Assembly: GCA_029287815.1 (NCBI GenBank)
Contig: JARFQK010000263.1
Coordinates: 1 to 31,872, forward strand
Direction: 5' to 3'
Length of the DNA: 31,872 nucleotides
DNA from: Gammaproteobacteria bacterium
GTDB taxonomy: Bacteria; Pseudomonadota; Gammaproteobacteria; SZUA-229
Shown here: piece after piece, positions 1 to 9,152 of the stretch
How the letters are laid out: each line of letters opens with the position of its first letter
How positions within the stretch are numbered: position 1 is the stretch's first letter
Translations under genes and position numbers: made by a program
Notes under the pieces: model-generated
What the model saw: only the letters and a program-made list of their open reading frames with translations
Databases searched by the model: none
What the model was told of the DNA's origin: nothing

Positions 1-1
1 T

Positions 2-247
2 TTTGAAGACCTCGAGGAGCCCTATGTCGATGCCAACGGCGACGACATCTTCTCGGCCGGGGATACGATCATCGACGTCGTCAGTACGAATGATCCGAGC
101 GGCGTCAATGGCCAGCACGATATGGCCGACGGCTTTTTCAACGGCACGGGTTGCACGCATTCCACCTTGTGCGGAGTCAGGTCATCGATTGTAGTCTGGG
201 ATGACATCGTTCTAAAAATAGACGGCCCCGCAGAAACAACACCTTAA
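2..247 (+). CDS. 3' fragment of a probable Ig-like/invasin-domain surface protein (5'-truncated by the window edge)
   Basis: Not in the ORF track. Frame +2 is open from base 2 to TAA at 245-247: FEDLEEPYVDANGDDIFSAGDTIIDVVSTNDPSGVNGQHDMADGFFNGTGCTHSTLCGVRSSIVVWDDIVLKIDGPAETTP*. The DxNGD Ca-binding-like motif, Cys pair and position before aroK resemble Ig-like proteins I recall downstream of pilQ. Confidence 0.55.
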   Translation, partial: FEDLEEPYVDANGDDIFSAGDTIIDVVSTNDPSGVNGQHDMADGFFNGTGCTHSTLCGVRSSIVVWDDIVLKIDGPAETTP

Positions 248-266
248 TCTCGACCAAGCCTGCAAC

Positions 267-300
267 AATGCCCCGCCGGTTCCGAACCGGCGGGGCATTT
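267..300 (+). terminator. Intrinsic terminator-like hairpin after the first CDS
   Basis: Perfect 15-bp stem AATGCCCCGCCGGTT / AACCGGCGGGGCATT with a 3-nt loop and a short T tract. Confidence 0.65.
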
Positions 301-315
301 CGTCTGCACTCGCTA

Positions 316-321
316 TATAAT
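316..321 (+). promoter_or_regulatory. Possible sigma70 -10 box for the aroK operon
   Basis: Consensus TATAAT 35 nt before the aroK ATG; no good -35. Confidence 0.3.
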
Positions 322-355
322 GTAGCGTTCAATCCGCTGAAATAATCTTTTCGGT

Positions 356-901
356 ATGCCACAGCACAACAACATATTTCTGATCGGACCCATGGGTGCC
401 GGTAAGACCACGATTGGCCGACTGCTGGCGCGGGAATTAAACATGCCGTTTTTCGACAGTGATCGCTTCATAGAGGAGCAAACGGGCGCCAACATTCCGT
501 TGATTTTTGATCTGGAGGGCGAGGAGGGTTTTCGCAAACGAGAACAGGCCGCCATCGAGGCACTGACCAGCATGAATAATATCGTGCTTGCAACCGGCGG
601 CGGTGCCGTGCTGCGAAAAACCAACCGAAAATGCCTGACGGAACGCGGTACCACTTTCTATCTGTACACCGACCTGGAACGCCTGCTCGAGCGAACGCGC
701 AAGGACAGAAACAGGCCGCTGCTGCACGGCGAAGAAAGCCCCGAAGTCGTATTGACAAGTTTGATGCAGCAACGTGACCCGCTCTACCGCCAGACCGCTG
801 ACTACGTCGTTGACACCGGCAAAAGCTCGATACGCGGCGTGATTAAAGCTATTATTGGCTGCGTGAACAACCATCGCAAAGCCGATCACACGAAAGCATG
901 A
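356..901 (+). CDS. aroK: Shikimate kinase
   Basis: [15 protein letters not shown] Walker [21 protein letters not shown] and RPLL motifs; stop overlaps the aroB start. Confidence 0.97.
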   Translation: MPQHNNIFLIGPMGAGKTTIGRLLARELNMPFFDSDRFIEEQTGANIPLIFDLEGEEGFRKREQAAIEALTSMNNIVLATGGGAVLRKTNRKCLTERGTTFYLYTDLERLLERTRKDRNRPLLHGEESPEVVLTSLMQQRDPLYRQTADYVVDTGKSSIRGVIKAIIGCVNNHRKADHTKA

Positions 902-1980
902 TCACCCTGACCGTCGACCTGGGAGAACGCAGCTATCCGATTTACATCGGCAAAGGCCTGCTCGGTCGCGATGGGCTCCTGCTGCCACACATTCCCGGCA
1001 AAAACGTACTCGTCGTCAGCAACGAGACCGTGGCCCCGCTTTATCTCGACAAAACCCTGACGATGTTGTCCGGCAAACGGGTTGAGCATTGCATTCTGCC
1101 CGATGGCGAGGAATACAAAAACCTTCAGACCCTGAACACAATTTACGACGTTCTGCTGAGGAACCAACTTGATCGTAACACGACAATAATCGCACTCGGC
1201 GGTGGCGTTATCGGTGATATGGCCGGTTTTGCTGCCGCCAGTTATCAGCGAGGCGTTCATCTGGTCCAGATACCGACAACGCTGCTTGCTCAGGTGGATT
1301 CGTCTGTCGGGGGTAAGACTGCCGTCAACCACCCACTCGGCAAAAACATGATCGGTGCTTTCTATCAGCCGAGAGCAGTGATCGCCGATACTGCAACGCT
1401 CGACACACTGCCCGATCGCGAACTCAGCGCGGGAATTGCCGAAGTCATCAAATACGGGCTGATAAGGGACCGCTTGTTCTTCGACTGGCTCTCAGAGAAC
1501 ATAGCGCGACTCGTCGCACGCGAGGCCGATGCGCTCGCCCATGCAATCGAAGTCTCATGCCGCAATAAGGCTGAAGTGGTTGCAGCCGATGAAAAAGAGA
1601 GCGGCCAGCGTGCCTTGCTCAATCTTGGTCACACCTTCGGCCATGCGATCGAAGCCGGTCTGGGCTATGGCTGCTGGCTGCACGGTGAAGCGGTTGCAGC
1701 TGGCATGTGCATGGCGGCCATCATGTCCAAAAAGCTGGGCTGGCTGGATAGCGATGACGCCGACCGGATCAAGGGCATGATCGCGCAGGCTGGATTGCCA
1801 GTCAACGCACCACGCGAACTCAGCGTCGAACGCTTTCTTGAGCTGATGGCCGTCGACAAGAAAGTCATGGACGGTGTATTGCGCCTGGTTTTGCTCAACG
1901 CAATCGGCCACGCTGTTATCACCGACGACTACAAACCGGAACAGCTGGTCGATTCGATACGTGCCAGTTATGAGGCCTGA
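898..1980 (+). CDS. aroB: 3-dehydroquinate synthase
   Basis: [57 protein letters not shown] and HGEAVA motifs. Confidence 0.98.
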   Translation: MITLTVDLGERSYPIYIGKGLLGRDGLLLPHIPGKNVLVVSNETVAPLYLDKTLTMLSGKRVEHCILPDGEEYKNLQTLNTIYDVLLRNQLDRNTTIIALGGGVIGDMAGFAAASYQRGVHLVQIPTTLLAQVDSSVGGKTAVNHPLGKNMIGAFYQPRAVIADTATLDTLPDRELSAGIAEVIKYGLIRDRLFFDWLSENIARLVAREADALAHAIEVSCRNKAEVVAADEKESGQRALLNLGHTFGHAIEAGLGYGCWLHGEAVAAGMCMAAIMSKKLGWLDSDDADRIKGMIAQAGLPVNAPRELSVERFLELMAVDKKVMDGVLRLVLLNAIGHAVITDDYKPEQLVDSIRASYEA

Positions 1981-3169
1981 TTCCAACCTGAAAAATCATA
2001 TGCGAGACCTCGCCATCTTTGCCTGTTCAGACCACAATACCAGGGGTCGTGCCTACCCGGAAGACCGCCCGATATACCGCAATCAGTACCAACGTGATCG
2101 TGACAGAATCATCCACTCTGCCGCGTTTCGGCGACTGGAATACAAGACCCAGGTCTTTGTCAATCATGAGGGCGACCTGTTTCGTACGCGCCTGACCCAT
2201 TCACTCGAAGTCGCGCAAATCGCCCGCAGCATCGCCCGTGAGCTGAAATTGCATGAAGACCTTGCCGAGGCCATCGCGCTGTCGCACGATCTCGGCCATA
2301 CGCCTTTCGGTCACGCAGGACAAACCGCGCTGAACCAGTGCATGAAGGCCTACGGCGGCTTTGAGCATAACCAGCAGTCACTCCGTGTTGTCGACAAGCT
2401 GGAAACGAAGTATGCCGATTTTGACGGTCTGAATCTGATGTTTGAAACACGCGAAGGCATTCTGAAACACTGCTCAGCCAAGGCTGCGCGTCAGCTTGGC
2501 GACGTTGCACAGAGGTTTATCGACAACACCCAGCCCAGCCTGGAAGCACAGCTGGTCGACCTTTCAGACGAGACCGCCTACAGTAACCACGATATCGATG
2601 ACGGCCTGCGCTACGGTCTGATCGATTTCGATGATCTGCTCGGAATCAAGCTGTTTCGCAACCAGTATGACAAAGTGGTCGATCAATATCATATGATCAA
2701 CAAGCGCAGAATGATCCACGAAATCATCCGTCGCATGGTCAATGTGATGGTGGTCGACCTGATCGATACCAGCCGCGCCAACATTACAGCAGCCAATCCG
2801 CAGAGCCTGGACGGCGTTCGCAATCAGCCGAAACCGTTGATGTCGTTCAGCGAAGAAATGACAGCTCTGATTCTGGAGCTCAAACAGTTCCTGCGGCATA
2901 ACCTGTATCAGCATTACCGTGTCCACCGCATGAGCAGAAAAGCCTACGATATTCTCACCGCACTGTTTGACGCTTTCATAAATGACACCAAAATACTCCC
3001 CCCCGAAGCGCGCGAACAATGCCTGATCTTACAGGGCGAAAGTGGTGACGAGGGCGTTGCACGTGGTGTCGCAGACTATATCGCGGGGATGACAGACCGC
3101 TATGCGATTGTGGAGTACGAACGTATCTTCAACCCGAGACAGCTCTCGTTTGTCAACCTAATACCCTAA
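1970..3169 (+). CDS. dgt: Deoxyguanosinetriphosphate triphosphohydrolase (HD family)
   Basis: [53 protein letters not shown]. Start placed at ATG 1970 (overlapping the aroB end); ATG 2000 is an alternative. Confidence 0.93.
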   Translation: MRPDSNLKNHMRDLAIFACSDHNTRGRAYPEDRPIYRNQYQRDRDRIIHSAAFRRLEYKTQVFVNHEGDLFRTRLTHSLEVAQIARSIARELKLHEDLAEAIALSHDLGHTPFGHAGQTALNQCMKAYGGFEHNQQSLRVVDKLETKYADFDGLNLMFETREGILKHCSAKAARQLGDVAQRFIDNTQPSLEAQLVDLSDETAYSNHDIDDGLRYGLIDFDDLLGIKLFRNQYDKVVDQYHMINKRRMIHEIIRRMVNVMVVDLIDTSRANITAANPQSLDGVRNQPKPLMSFSEEMTALILELKQFLRHNLYQHYRVHRMSRKAYDILTALFDAFINDTKILPPEAREQCLILQGESGDEGVARGVADYIAGMTDRYAIVEYERIFNPRQLSFVNLIP

Positions 3170-3187
3170 CCCGCATTTCTCACCAGG
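3167..3187 (+). repeat. Dispersed 21-bp repeat end (family A), TAACCCGCATTTCTCACCAGG
   Basis: 20/21 identical to the copies at 10080-10100 and 31730-31750; its first 3 nt are the dgt stop codon. Confidence 0.85.
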
Positions 3188-3199
3188 CGTAACCCATCG

Positions 3200-4951
3200 A
3201 TGGCCGGCAGAATTCCACAATCATTCATTGATGAACTGATTGCGCGCAGTGATATCGTCGAAATCATCAATGCCCGGTTGCCGTTGAAGAAAAAGGGCCG
3301 CGAGTATACCGCATGCTGTCCGTTCCATAATGAGAAAACGCCCTCGTTTACTGTCAGCGAGACCAAACAGTTCTACCATTGTTTTGGCTGCGGCGCGCAC
3401 GGCAGCGTGATCGGCTTTCTGATGGACTATGAGCATCTCGATTTTGTCGATGCGGTCGAAACACTGGCAGCCGAATACCATCTCGAAGTACCCCATGAGC
3501 AGAGGCTGAATCGGGTCGGCTCGATCAAGGATCAGAAACAGCCGCTTTTCGAGCTGCTCGAACAGGCATCGCGTTTGTATCAGCAGCAATTACGCCAATC
3601 GAACAAAGCCATCGATTACCTGAAGCAGCGCGGTCTCAGCGGGGAAATCGCTAAACGTTATCGGCTGGGCTATGCCCCTGACAGCTGGAGTTTCCTGCTC
3701 GATAAACTCGGTGACAACCCTGGCAACATCAAACAGCTGAAAACGACCGGTATGGTCGTAGAGAAGTCCGCAACGAAACGTTATGACCGCTTTCGCGATC
3801 GCATCATGTTTCCGATCCTCGATCGGCGCGGCCACACGATCGCCTTTGGTGGCCGTATCATCGACAGTGGCGAGCCGAAATACCTGAATTCACCAGAGAC
3901 GCCGATTTTTCACAAAGGCGACGAGCTCTACGGCTTTTTTGAGGCGCGACGCGCTGTCAGAAACCTCAAACGTATCGTCGTCGTCGAAGGTTACATGGAT
4001 GTCGTGGCATTGGCGCAAAGTGGTATCGAATATGCGGTCGCCTCGCTCGGCACTGCGACAACCCGAGAACAGATTCAAAGACTGTTTCGTTCAGTCAGCG
4101 AACTCATTTTCTGCTATGACGGCGACGCTGCCGGCCACCAGGCCGCATGGCGCGCACTCGAGAACGCGCTGCCAGTGTTACGCGATGGCCTGGAAGCTCG
4201 ATTTCTTTTCCTGCCCGACGGCGAGGATCCCGATTCGCTGGTGCGCAAAGAAGGCAGCGAAGCCTTTGCAACACGCCTGAATAATGCCTTGCCTTTGTCG
4301 GAGTACTTGTTCGACAAGCTGAAAACCGAAATCGACACCAATTCGGTAGACGGAAAGGCACGACTTGCCAACGCTGCGAAACCATTACTCGCAAAGATTC
4401 CTGCGAGCGTATTCAGCGATCTGATGTATGAGCGCCTGGCACAGCTGGTCGGTATCAGCGCGTCGAAGCTGAACGATGAACAACCCGGAGCCGATACGCA
4501 AGACGCGCCGCGACCCAAGGCAACCTTCATCCCCGACAAGCGACAAATTCGACAAAATGCATTGCGCGATGCGATTGCGTTGCTGCTGCAGTATCCCGCC
4601 GTGGCTGAAGCCCGTGAAATTCCCGACTTTTTTGCGACCTCAAGTTTGCCGGGATATGCCCTGCTCTACGAACTCTACCAGACAGTGAAAAAAAATCCCG
4701 GCATTCCCCCCGCGGCGGTGATGGAACGCTGGCGCGATCAGGAAGAATTCGAAATATTGGAGAAGCTGCTCCTGAGAAATGTCTACGGCACTGAAGAGAG
4801 ATCCGGGCAAGCGAAGGTATTCAGCGATGCGGTGCAGCGGCTAATAGAGAAACATCAGCGCGCCCGCTTTGAAATACTCGAGCACAAGCTGGAACGGGGA
4901 GGCTTGAGTGAGAGCGAGCTCGAGGAATACAAATCGTTACTGTCGCGCTAA
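3200..4951 (+). CDS. dnaG: DNA primase
   Basis: Zn ribbon (CCPFHNEKTPSF, CFGC), RFRDRIMFPI, PKYLNSPET, TOPRIM VVEGYMDVV and YDGDAAG, DPDSL; C-terminal DnaB-interaction region. Confidence 0.98.
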   Translation: MAGRIPQSFIDELIARSDIVEIINARLPLKKKGREYTACCPFHNEKTPSFTVSETKQFYHCFGCGAHGSVIGFLMDYEHLDFVDAVETLAAEYHLEVPHEQRLNRVGSIKDQKQPLFELLEQASRLYQQQLRQSNKAIDYLKQRGLSGEIAKRYRLGYAPDSWSFLLDKLGDNPGNIKQLKTTGMVVEKSATKRYDRFRDRIMFPILDRRGHTIAFGGRIIDSGEPKYLNSPETPIFHKGDELYGFFEARRAVRNLKRIVVVEGYMDVVALAQSGIEYAVASLGTATTREQIQRLFRSVSELIFCYDGDAAGHQAAWRALENALPVLRDGLEARFLFLPDGEDPDSLVRKEGSEAFATRLNNALPLSEYLFDKLKTEIDTNSVDGKARLANAAKPLLAKIPASVFSDLMYERLAQLVGISASKLNDEQPGADTQDAPRPKATFIPDKRQIRQNALRDAIALLLQYPAVAEAREIPDFFATSSLPGYALLYELYQTVKKNPGIPPAAVMERWRDQEEFEILEKLLLRNVYGTEERSGQAKVFSDAVQRLIEKHQRARFEILEHKLERGGLSESELEEYKSLLSR

Positions 4952-4985
4952 CGGTTGAAAGCCTGATGATTTGGCGGCTGTTCTC

Positions 4986-5019
4986 AACGCAAAGACGCTA
5001 AGGCGCAGAGGACGCAAAG
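4986..5019 (+). repeat. 34-bp repeat (family B), left arm of an inverted pair
   Basis: AACGCAAAGACGCTAAGGCGCAGAGGACGCAAAG matches the reverse complement of 5206-5239 at 29/34; a shorter copy lies at 26578-26603. Confidence 0.85.
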
Positions 5020-5081
5020 GCATTCTTGTTTTTGTCTTTCGTGCATGATCTGCTCTTTTTCGATCGCGGCAACTGAGCCGA

Positions 5082-5109
5082 TGCTCATGATTACCTGGTG
5101 AATTCAGGC
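5082..5109 (-). repeat. Degenerate inverted family A-like end
   Basis: Reverse complement GCCTGAATTCACCAGGTAATCATGAGCA resembles GCCCGCATTTCTCACCAGGATCACGGGAGCA at 31732 onward (shared TCACCAGG...GAGCA). Confidence 0.4.
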
Positions 5110-5135
5110 CTTTGGTAGCCATCCACTGATTGTGG

Positions 5136-5189
5136 GTAGGACGACTTCAGTCGCGAACGCCCGCAATTCGCGACTGAAGTCGCTCCTAC
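5136..5189. repeat. GTAG-type REP doublet (REPIN-like)
   Basis: GTAGGACGACTTCAGTCGCGAA (5136-5157) and inverted TTCGCGACTGAAGTCGCTCCTAC (5167-5189); the left copy lacks one G. Confidence 0.85.
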
Positions 5190-5205
5190 GAATAACAAGT
5201 TCAAC

Positions 5206-5239
5206 CTCTGCGGTCTCTGCGCCTCCGCGTCTTTGCGTT
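5206..5239 (-). repeat. 34-bp repeat (family B), right arm
   Basis: CTCTGCGGTCTCTGCGCCTCCGCGTCTTTGCGTT is the inverted partner of 4986-5019. Confidence 0.85.
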
Positions 5240-5253
5240 AAAGAAAGCTCAAG

Positions 5254-5281
5254 TTGACAAGCCGTAAAATTACTGCATAAT
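5254..5281 (+). promoter_or_regulatory. sigma70 promoter for metK
   Basis: TTGACA (5254-5259), 16-nt spacer, CATAAT (5276-5281); the implied start lies just before the riboswitch. Confidence 0.65.
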
Positions 5282-5290
5282 TCTCCTTCC

Positions 5291-5346
5291 AAAGCGCCAA
5301 TTTGACTCAGATTGCGGGCGCTCAAGAAATGCAGCTAAAGCGAGTT
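5291..5346 (+). ncRNA. SAM-II (SAM-alpha) riboswitch aptamer
   Basis: P1 AGCGCC(5293-5298)/GGCGCT(5317-5322); loop AATTTGA...TTGCG; pseudoknot TTGCG with TGCAG; 3' CAGCTAAAG. Matches the SAM-II layout as I recall it and sits directly upstream of metK. Confidence 0.75.
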
Positions 5347-5364
5347 CCGATAGAATAATATCGC

Positions 5365-5403
5365 AAACCCGTCTTGAGCTGTGCTTAGACGGGTTTTTTA
5401 TTT
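5365..5403 (+). terminator. Intrinsic terminator in the metK leader (riboswitch expression platform)
   Basis: Stem AAACCCGTCT / AGACGGGTTT followed by TTTATTT, ending about 30 nt before the metK ATG. Confidence 0.8.
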
Positions 5404-5434
5404 GCCCAAAACAAGGCCACAAGCAGGTATTACA

Positions 5435-6598
5435 ATGAGCGAACATCTTTTCACATCCGAATCAGTTTCCGAAGGGCACCCAGACAAGGTTGCCGACCAA
5501 ATTTCGGATGCTGTTCTTGACGCAATTTTCAAACAGGACACTCGTGCTCGTGTAGCCTGCGAAACCATGGTCAACACCGGTATGGTTATCATATCCGGCG
5601 AGATCACGACGGAAGCCTGGGTCGATATGCAGGAAGTCGTCCGAGAAACCGTCAAAGGCATCGGTTACAACCATTCAGACATGGGTTTCGACTGGGAATC
5701 GTGCGCGGTGCTCACCTCCATCGACAAACAATCTGCTGACATCGCGATGGGCGTTGACGAATCAGATCAACACGAACAGGGTGCCGGCGATCAGGGATTG
5801 ATGTTTGGTTATGCCTGCAATGAAACTGACGTGTTGATGCCCGCCCCAATCACTTACGCGCATCGACTGGTCAAGCGTCAAGCCGAAATGCGCAAAAATG
5901 GTACGCTACCGTGGTTACGCCCGGATGCCAAGAGCCAGGTCACCTTCAGGTACAAGGCCGGCAAACCTGTCGGCATCGACGCTGTGGTGCTGTCAACGCA
6001 GCACGACCCAGGAATCGAATACAAGAATCTGCGTGAAGCCGTCATGGATGAAATCATCAAGCCGGTCCTGCCGGCTGAATGGTTGGATCAATGCCCACAG
6101 GAACGCATACATATCAATCCAACCGGCAAGTTCGTGATCGGCGGGCCCGTCGGCGACTGTGGCCTGACCGGACGAAAAATCATTGTGGATACCTATGGCG
6201 GCATGGCACGGCATGGCGGCGGCGCCTTTTCTGGCAAAGACCCCTCGAAAGTTGACCGTTCTGCCGCCTACGCCGGGCGTTACGTGGCCAAGAATATCGT
6301 CGCTGCGGGCCTGGCAGACAAGTGTGAGATCCAGGTTTCCTATGCCATCGGTGTTGCCGAACCAACCTCGATTTCCGTGCAAACCTTCGGCAGCGGCAAG
6401 ATCGAGGATGACAGAATTGTTGAACTTATTCGCGATCACTTCAATCTCAAACCCAGAGGTCTGATCGAGATGCTCGATTTGTTGCGCCCGATCTATCAGG
6501 CGACCGCGGCATACGGTCATTTCGGGCGCGAGGAACCGGAATTTACCTGGGAGAAGACCGACAAGGCCGCAGCACTCAAAGATGCCGCCGGCCTGTGA
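5435..6598 (+). CDS. metK: S-adenosylmethionine synthetase
   Basis: [56 protein letters not shown]. Start ATG 5435 with AGG upstream, not the GTG at 5381. Confidence 0.98.
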   Translation: MSEHLFTSESVSEGHPDKVADQISDAVLDAIFKQDTRARVACETMVNTGMVIISGEITTEAWVDMQEVVRETVKGIGYNHSDMGFDWESCAVLTSIDKQSADIAMGVDESDQHEQGAGDQGLMFGYACNETDVLMPAPITYAHRLVKRQAEMRKNGTLPWLRPDAKSQVTFRYKAGKPVGIDAVVLSTQHDPGIEYKNLREAVMDEIIKPVLPAEWLDQCPQERIHINPTGKFVIGGPVGDCGLTGRKIIVDTYGGMARHGGGAFSGKDPSKVDRSAAYAGRYVAKNIVAAGLADKCEIQVSYAIGVAEPTSISVQTFGSGKIEDDRIVELIRDHFNLKPRGLIEMLDLLRPIYQATAAYGHFGREEPEFTWEKTDKAAALKDAAGL

Positions 6599-6651
6599 AG
6601 CGAGGTTCTCCCGGTACAAAACGGATCGAGATTAGGCTATACTTCAATATG

Positions 6652-6750
6652 TTCTGAGGAGCGTTGCAGCCTGACCCTATCTACAAGCGGTCAGGTCAGG
6701 CTCAGAAAGCAATAACGGCGCTCATTTCTTAACACCGCTTAGGAGATGAG
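6652..6750 (+). ncRNA. SAH riboswitch with translational expression platform
   Basis: TCTGAGGAGCGTTGCAG...CAGGCTCAGA...AACGGCGCTCA matches SAH-riboswitch hallmarks (P1 CTGAG/CTCAG, pseudoknot GAGCG/CGCTC). CTCATTTCTT (6721-6730) can pair with AGGAGATGAG (6741-6750, the SD). Confidence 0.88.
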
Positions 6751-6752
6751 AT

Positions 6753-8174
6753 ATGAGTGCAGTTATCGAGAGTAACTTTTCCGATTACAAGGTCGCCGAC
6801 CTTTCCCTGGCCGAATGGGGCCGCAAAGAAATCACCATTGCCGAAACCGAAATGCCCGGGTTGATGGCACTGCGCGAAGAATACGCTGACCAAAAGCCAC
6901 TCCTGGGTGCCCGGATCACCGGCAGCCTGCACATGACCATTCAAACTGCCGTACTGATCGAATCCCTGGTGGCTCTGGGGGCGCAGGTGCGCTGGGCATC
7001 GTGCAACATCTATTCGACCCAGGATCATGCAGCGGCCGCGATCGCTGCACAAGGGATTCCGGTTTTCGCCTGGAAAGGCGAGACCATAGAGGAATATTGG
7101 TGGTGCACCGAACAGGCGCTGACGTGGCCAGACGGTGGTACACCGAACATGATTCTCGACGATGGTGGTGATGCCACGCTTCTGGTGCACAAGGGTGCGG
7201 AATTCGAGAAAACTGGCACCGTTCCGGAGGCCGAGGACGACGACAACGAGGAATGGAAAGCGATTTTGAACCTGCTCAGGCGCACGATCACCGACGGTTC
7301 TGACAAATGGCGTCGAATCGCTGACAGCATCAAAGGCGTCACCGAGGAAACAACGACCGGCGTACACCGTCTTTACCAAATGCAAGAGAGCGGTGATCTG
7401 CTGTTTCCAGCAATGAACGTCAACGACTCGGTCACCAAATCGAAGTTCGACAATCTCTACGGTTGCCGTGAATCACTCATCGACGGCATCAAGCGTGCAA
7501 CCGACGTGATGATTGCTGGGAAAATTTGCGTTGTACTGGGTTACGGCGACGTCGGCAAAGGGTGCGCACAGGCTTTTCGCGGAATGGGCGCGACCGTCTG
7601 GGTAACCGAGATCGATCCAATTTGTGCGCTGCAGGCAACGATGGAAGGGTATCGCGTCGTCGACATGGATCAGGTGGCCAGCCAAGGCGATATTTTTGTG
7701 ACCACGACCGGCAACATAAACGTGATCACTCACGATCATATGGCTGCGATGAAAAACGAGGCTATCGTATCCAACATCGGTCATTTCGACTCCGAAATTG
7801 ATATTGCGTCGCTGGAAAAGTACCAGTGGGAGGAAATCAAACCCCAGGTTGACCATGTGATCTTTCCTGACGGCAAACGTATTATCGTTCTCGCGAAGGG
7901 CCGCCTGGTCAACCTTGGTTGTGCTACCGGCCACCCGAGTTTCGTGATGTCGGCATCGTTCACCAATCAGATCATGGCTCAGATCGAGTTTTTCACCAAC
8001 GGTGATGAATACCAGAACAAGGTTTATGTATTGCCGAAAATTTTGGATGAGAAAGTCGCACGCCTGCACCTGAAGAAGATCGGCGCTTCACTGACAAAAC
8101 TGAGCCAGCAACAGGCTGAATACATCAATGTGCCGGCAGAAGGACCGTACAAGCCCGAGCATTACCGTTACTAA
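6753..8174 (+). CDS. ahcY: Adenosylhomocysteinase (with the ~40-aa insertion)
   Basis: [81 protein letters not shown]. Confidence 0.98.
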   Translation: MSAVIESNFSDYKVADLSLAEWGRKEITIAETEMPGLMALREEYADQKPLLGARITGSLHMTIQTAVLIESLVALGAQVRWASCNIYSTQDHAAAAIAAQGIPVFAWKGETIEEYWWCTEQALTWPDGGTPNMILDDGGDATLLVHKGAEFEKTGTVPEAEDDDNEEWKAILNLLRRTITDGSDKWRRIADSIKGVTEETTTGVHRLYQMQESGDLLFPAMNVNDSVTKSKFDNLYGCRESLIDGIKRATDVMIAGKICVVLGYGDVGKGCAQAFRGMGATVWVTEIDPICALQATMEGYRVVDMDQVASQGDIFVTTTGNINVITHDHMAAMKNEAIVSNIGHFDSEIDIASLEKYQWEEIKPQVDHVIFPDGKRIIVLAKGRLVNLGCATGHPSFVMSASFTNQIMAQIEFFTNGDEYQNKVYVLPKILDEKVARLHLKKIGASLTKLSQQQAEYINVPAEGPYKPEHYRY

Positions 8175-8183
8175 CCACCGTTT

Positions 8184-8209
8184 CGGGGTGCCACCTATGT
8201 GGCACCCCG
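8184..8209. other. Stable intergenic hairpin between ahcY and metF
   Basis: Perfect 11-bp stem CGGGGTGCCAC / GTGGCACCCCG, CTAT loop, no U tract. Confidence 0.6.
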
Positions 8210-8236
8210 TATAGCCATCACGAACCTCTGACCGCG

Positions 8237-9085
8237 ATGATAACTACCTCGGACGCCAGCAATATCTACAGCTGTGAATTTTTTCCACCCAAGACCGACG
8301 CCGGCATGAAAAAACTTTTGCAGGCCCGTGATCACCTCGATCAAGTTATACAGCCCGCGTTCTATTCGGTCACCTTCGGCGCTGGCGGATCCAGCCGCGA
8401 CCGCACCGTCGAGACCGTTGATCAACTCAGTCAACACAATACGCCGGTAGCGCCGCATATCTCCTGTATTGGTTCGAGCCGCCAGCAAATCAGGCAAATG
8501 CTCGATCATTATATCGCCAGCGGCGTGACCCGACTGGTCACCCTGCGAGGTGACATGCCCGAGCAGAGTTCGACTGCGAACGACTTCAAACACGCCAGCG
8601 AGCTGGTCGAATTTATTCGCGCCGAAACCGGTGGACATTTTCAGATCGAGGTCGCAGCCTATCCCGAGTATCACCCCGAGTCTCACACACCCCAGTCCGA
8701 TTTCGAGTATTTCAAGCGCAAAGTCCAGGCCGGTGCCGACTCAGCTATCACCCAGTATTTTTACAATCTCGACGCGTATCTGCATTTCATGGACAACTGC
8801 GAGAAAGCGAATCTCGATGTGCCGGTCGTGCCTGGCGTGATGCCGATAACCAATTTCCAGGGCCTGGTGCGATTTTCGGACAACTGCGGTGCCGAAATAC
8901 CACGCTGGATCCGCAAGCAACTGGAAGCCTATCAGGATGATAACGACAGTCTGTTTGCATTCGGCATAGAGGTCGTGACCAGCTTGTGTTCACGCTTGCT
9001 CGAGCAAGGTGCGCCAGGATTGCATTTTTACACGCTGAACCAATCCAAAGCGACGACCGAAATCTGGCACAGACTGCGTATCTGA
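8237..9085 (+). CDS. metF: 5,10-methylenetetrahydrofolate reductase
   Basis: SCEFFPPKT, SVTFGAGGS, APHISCIG, LRGD, VAAYPEYHP, AITQYFY, PGVMPI, PGLHFYTLN. Confidence 0.96.
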   Translation: MITTSDASNIYSCEFFPPKTDAGMKKLLQARDHLDQVIQPAFYSVTFGAGGSSRDRTVETVDQLSQHNTPVAPHISCIGSSRQQIRQMLDHYIASGVTRLVTLRGDMPEQSSTANDFKHASELVEFIRAETGGHFQIEVAAYPEYHPESHTPQSDFEYFKRKVQAGADSAITQYFYNLDAYLHFMDNCEKANLDVPVVPGVMPITNFQGLVRFSDNCGAEIPRWIRKQLEAYQDDNDSLFAFGIEVVTSLCSRLLEQGAPGLHFYTLNQSKATTEIWHRLRI

Positions 9086-9152
9086 TTGTCTACGCCAACA
9101 CCGAACCGCCGATACAATTCTGATTCAACAGACGAAGTCAGGTCTGGCGACA

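Noticed and set aside
3-362. Track ORFs 3..194(+), 22..207(-) and 177..362(-)
   Set aside because: Frame +2 (2-247) gives a more protein-like sequence ending before a terminator; the others look like shadows.
4688-4695. A8 run in dnaG (GTG AAA AAA AAT) as a recoding site
   Set aside because: Shorter run, the -1 frame stays open for ~30 codons, and no evident SD or stem-loop; lacks the combined signature seen in chpA.
5104-5325. Short ORFs across the dnaG-metK gap (4937..5122, 5104..5325)
   Set aside because: They are translations of palindromic repeats and the promoter/riboswitch, with no family motifs.
5993-7385. Long antisense ORFs opposite metK and ahcY (also 28121..28864, 29253..29798, 11077..12579 and similar)
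   Set aside because: Expected shadow frames of GC-rich conserved genes; no motifs or RBS.
8184-8209. Intrinsic terminator between ahcY and metF
   Set aside because: Strong stem but no U tract on either strand; kept only as a hairpin.
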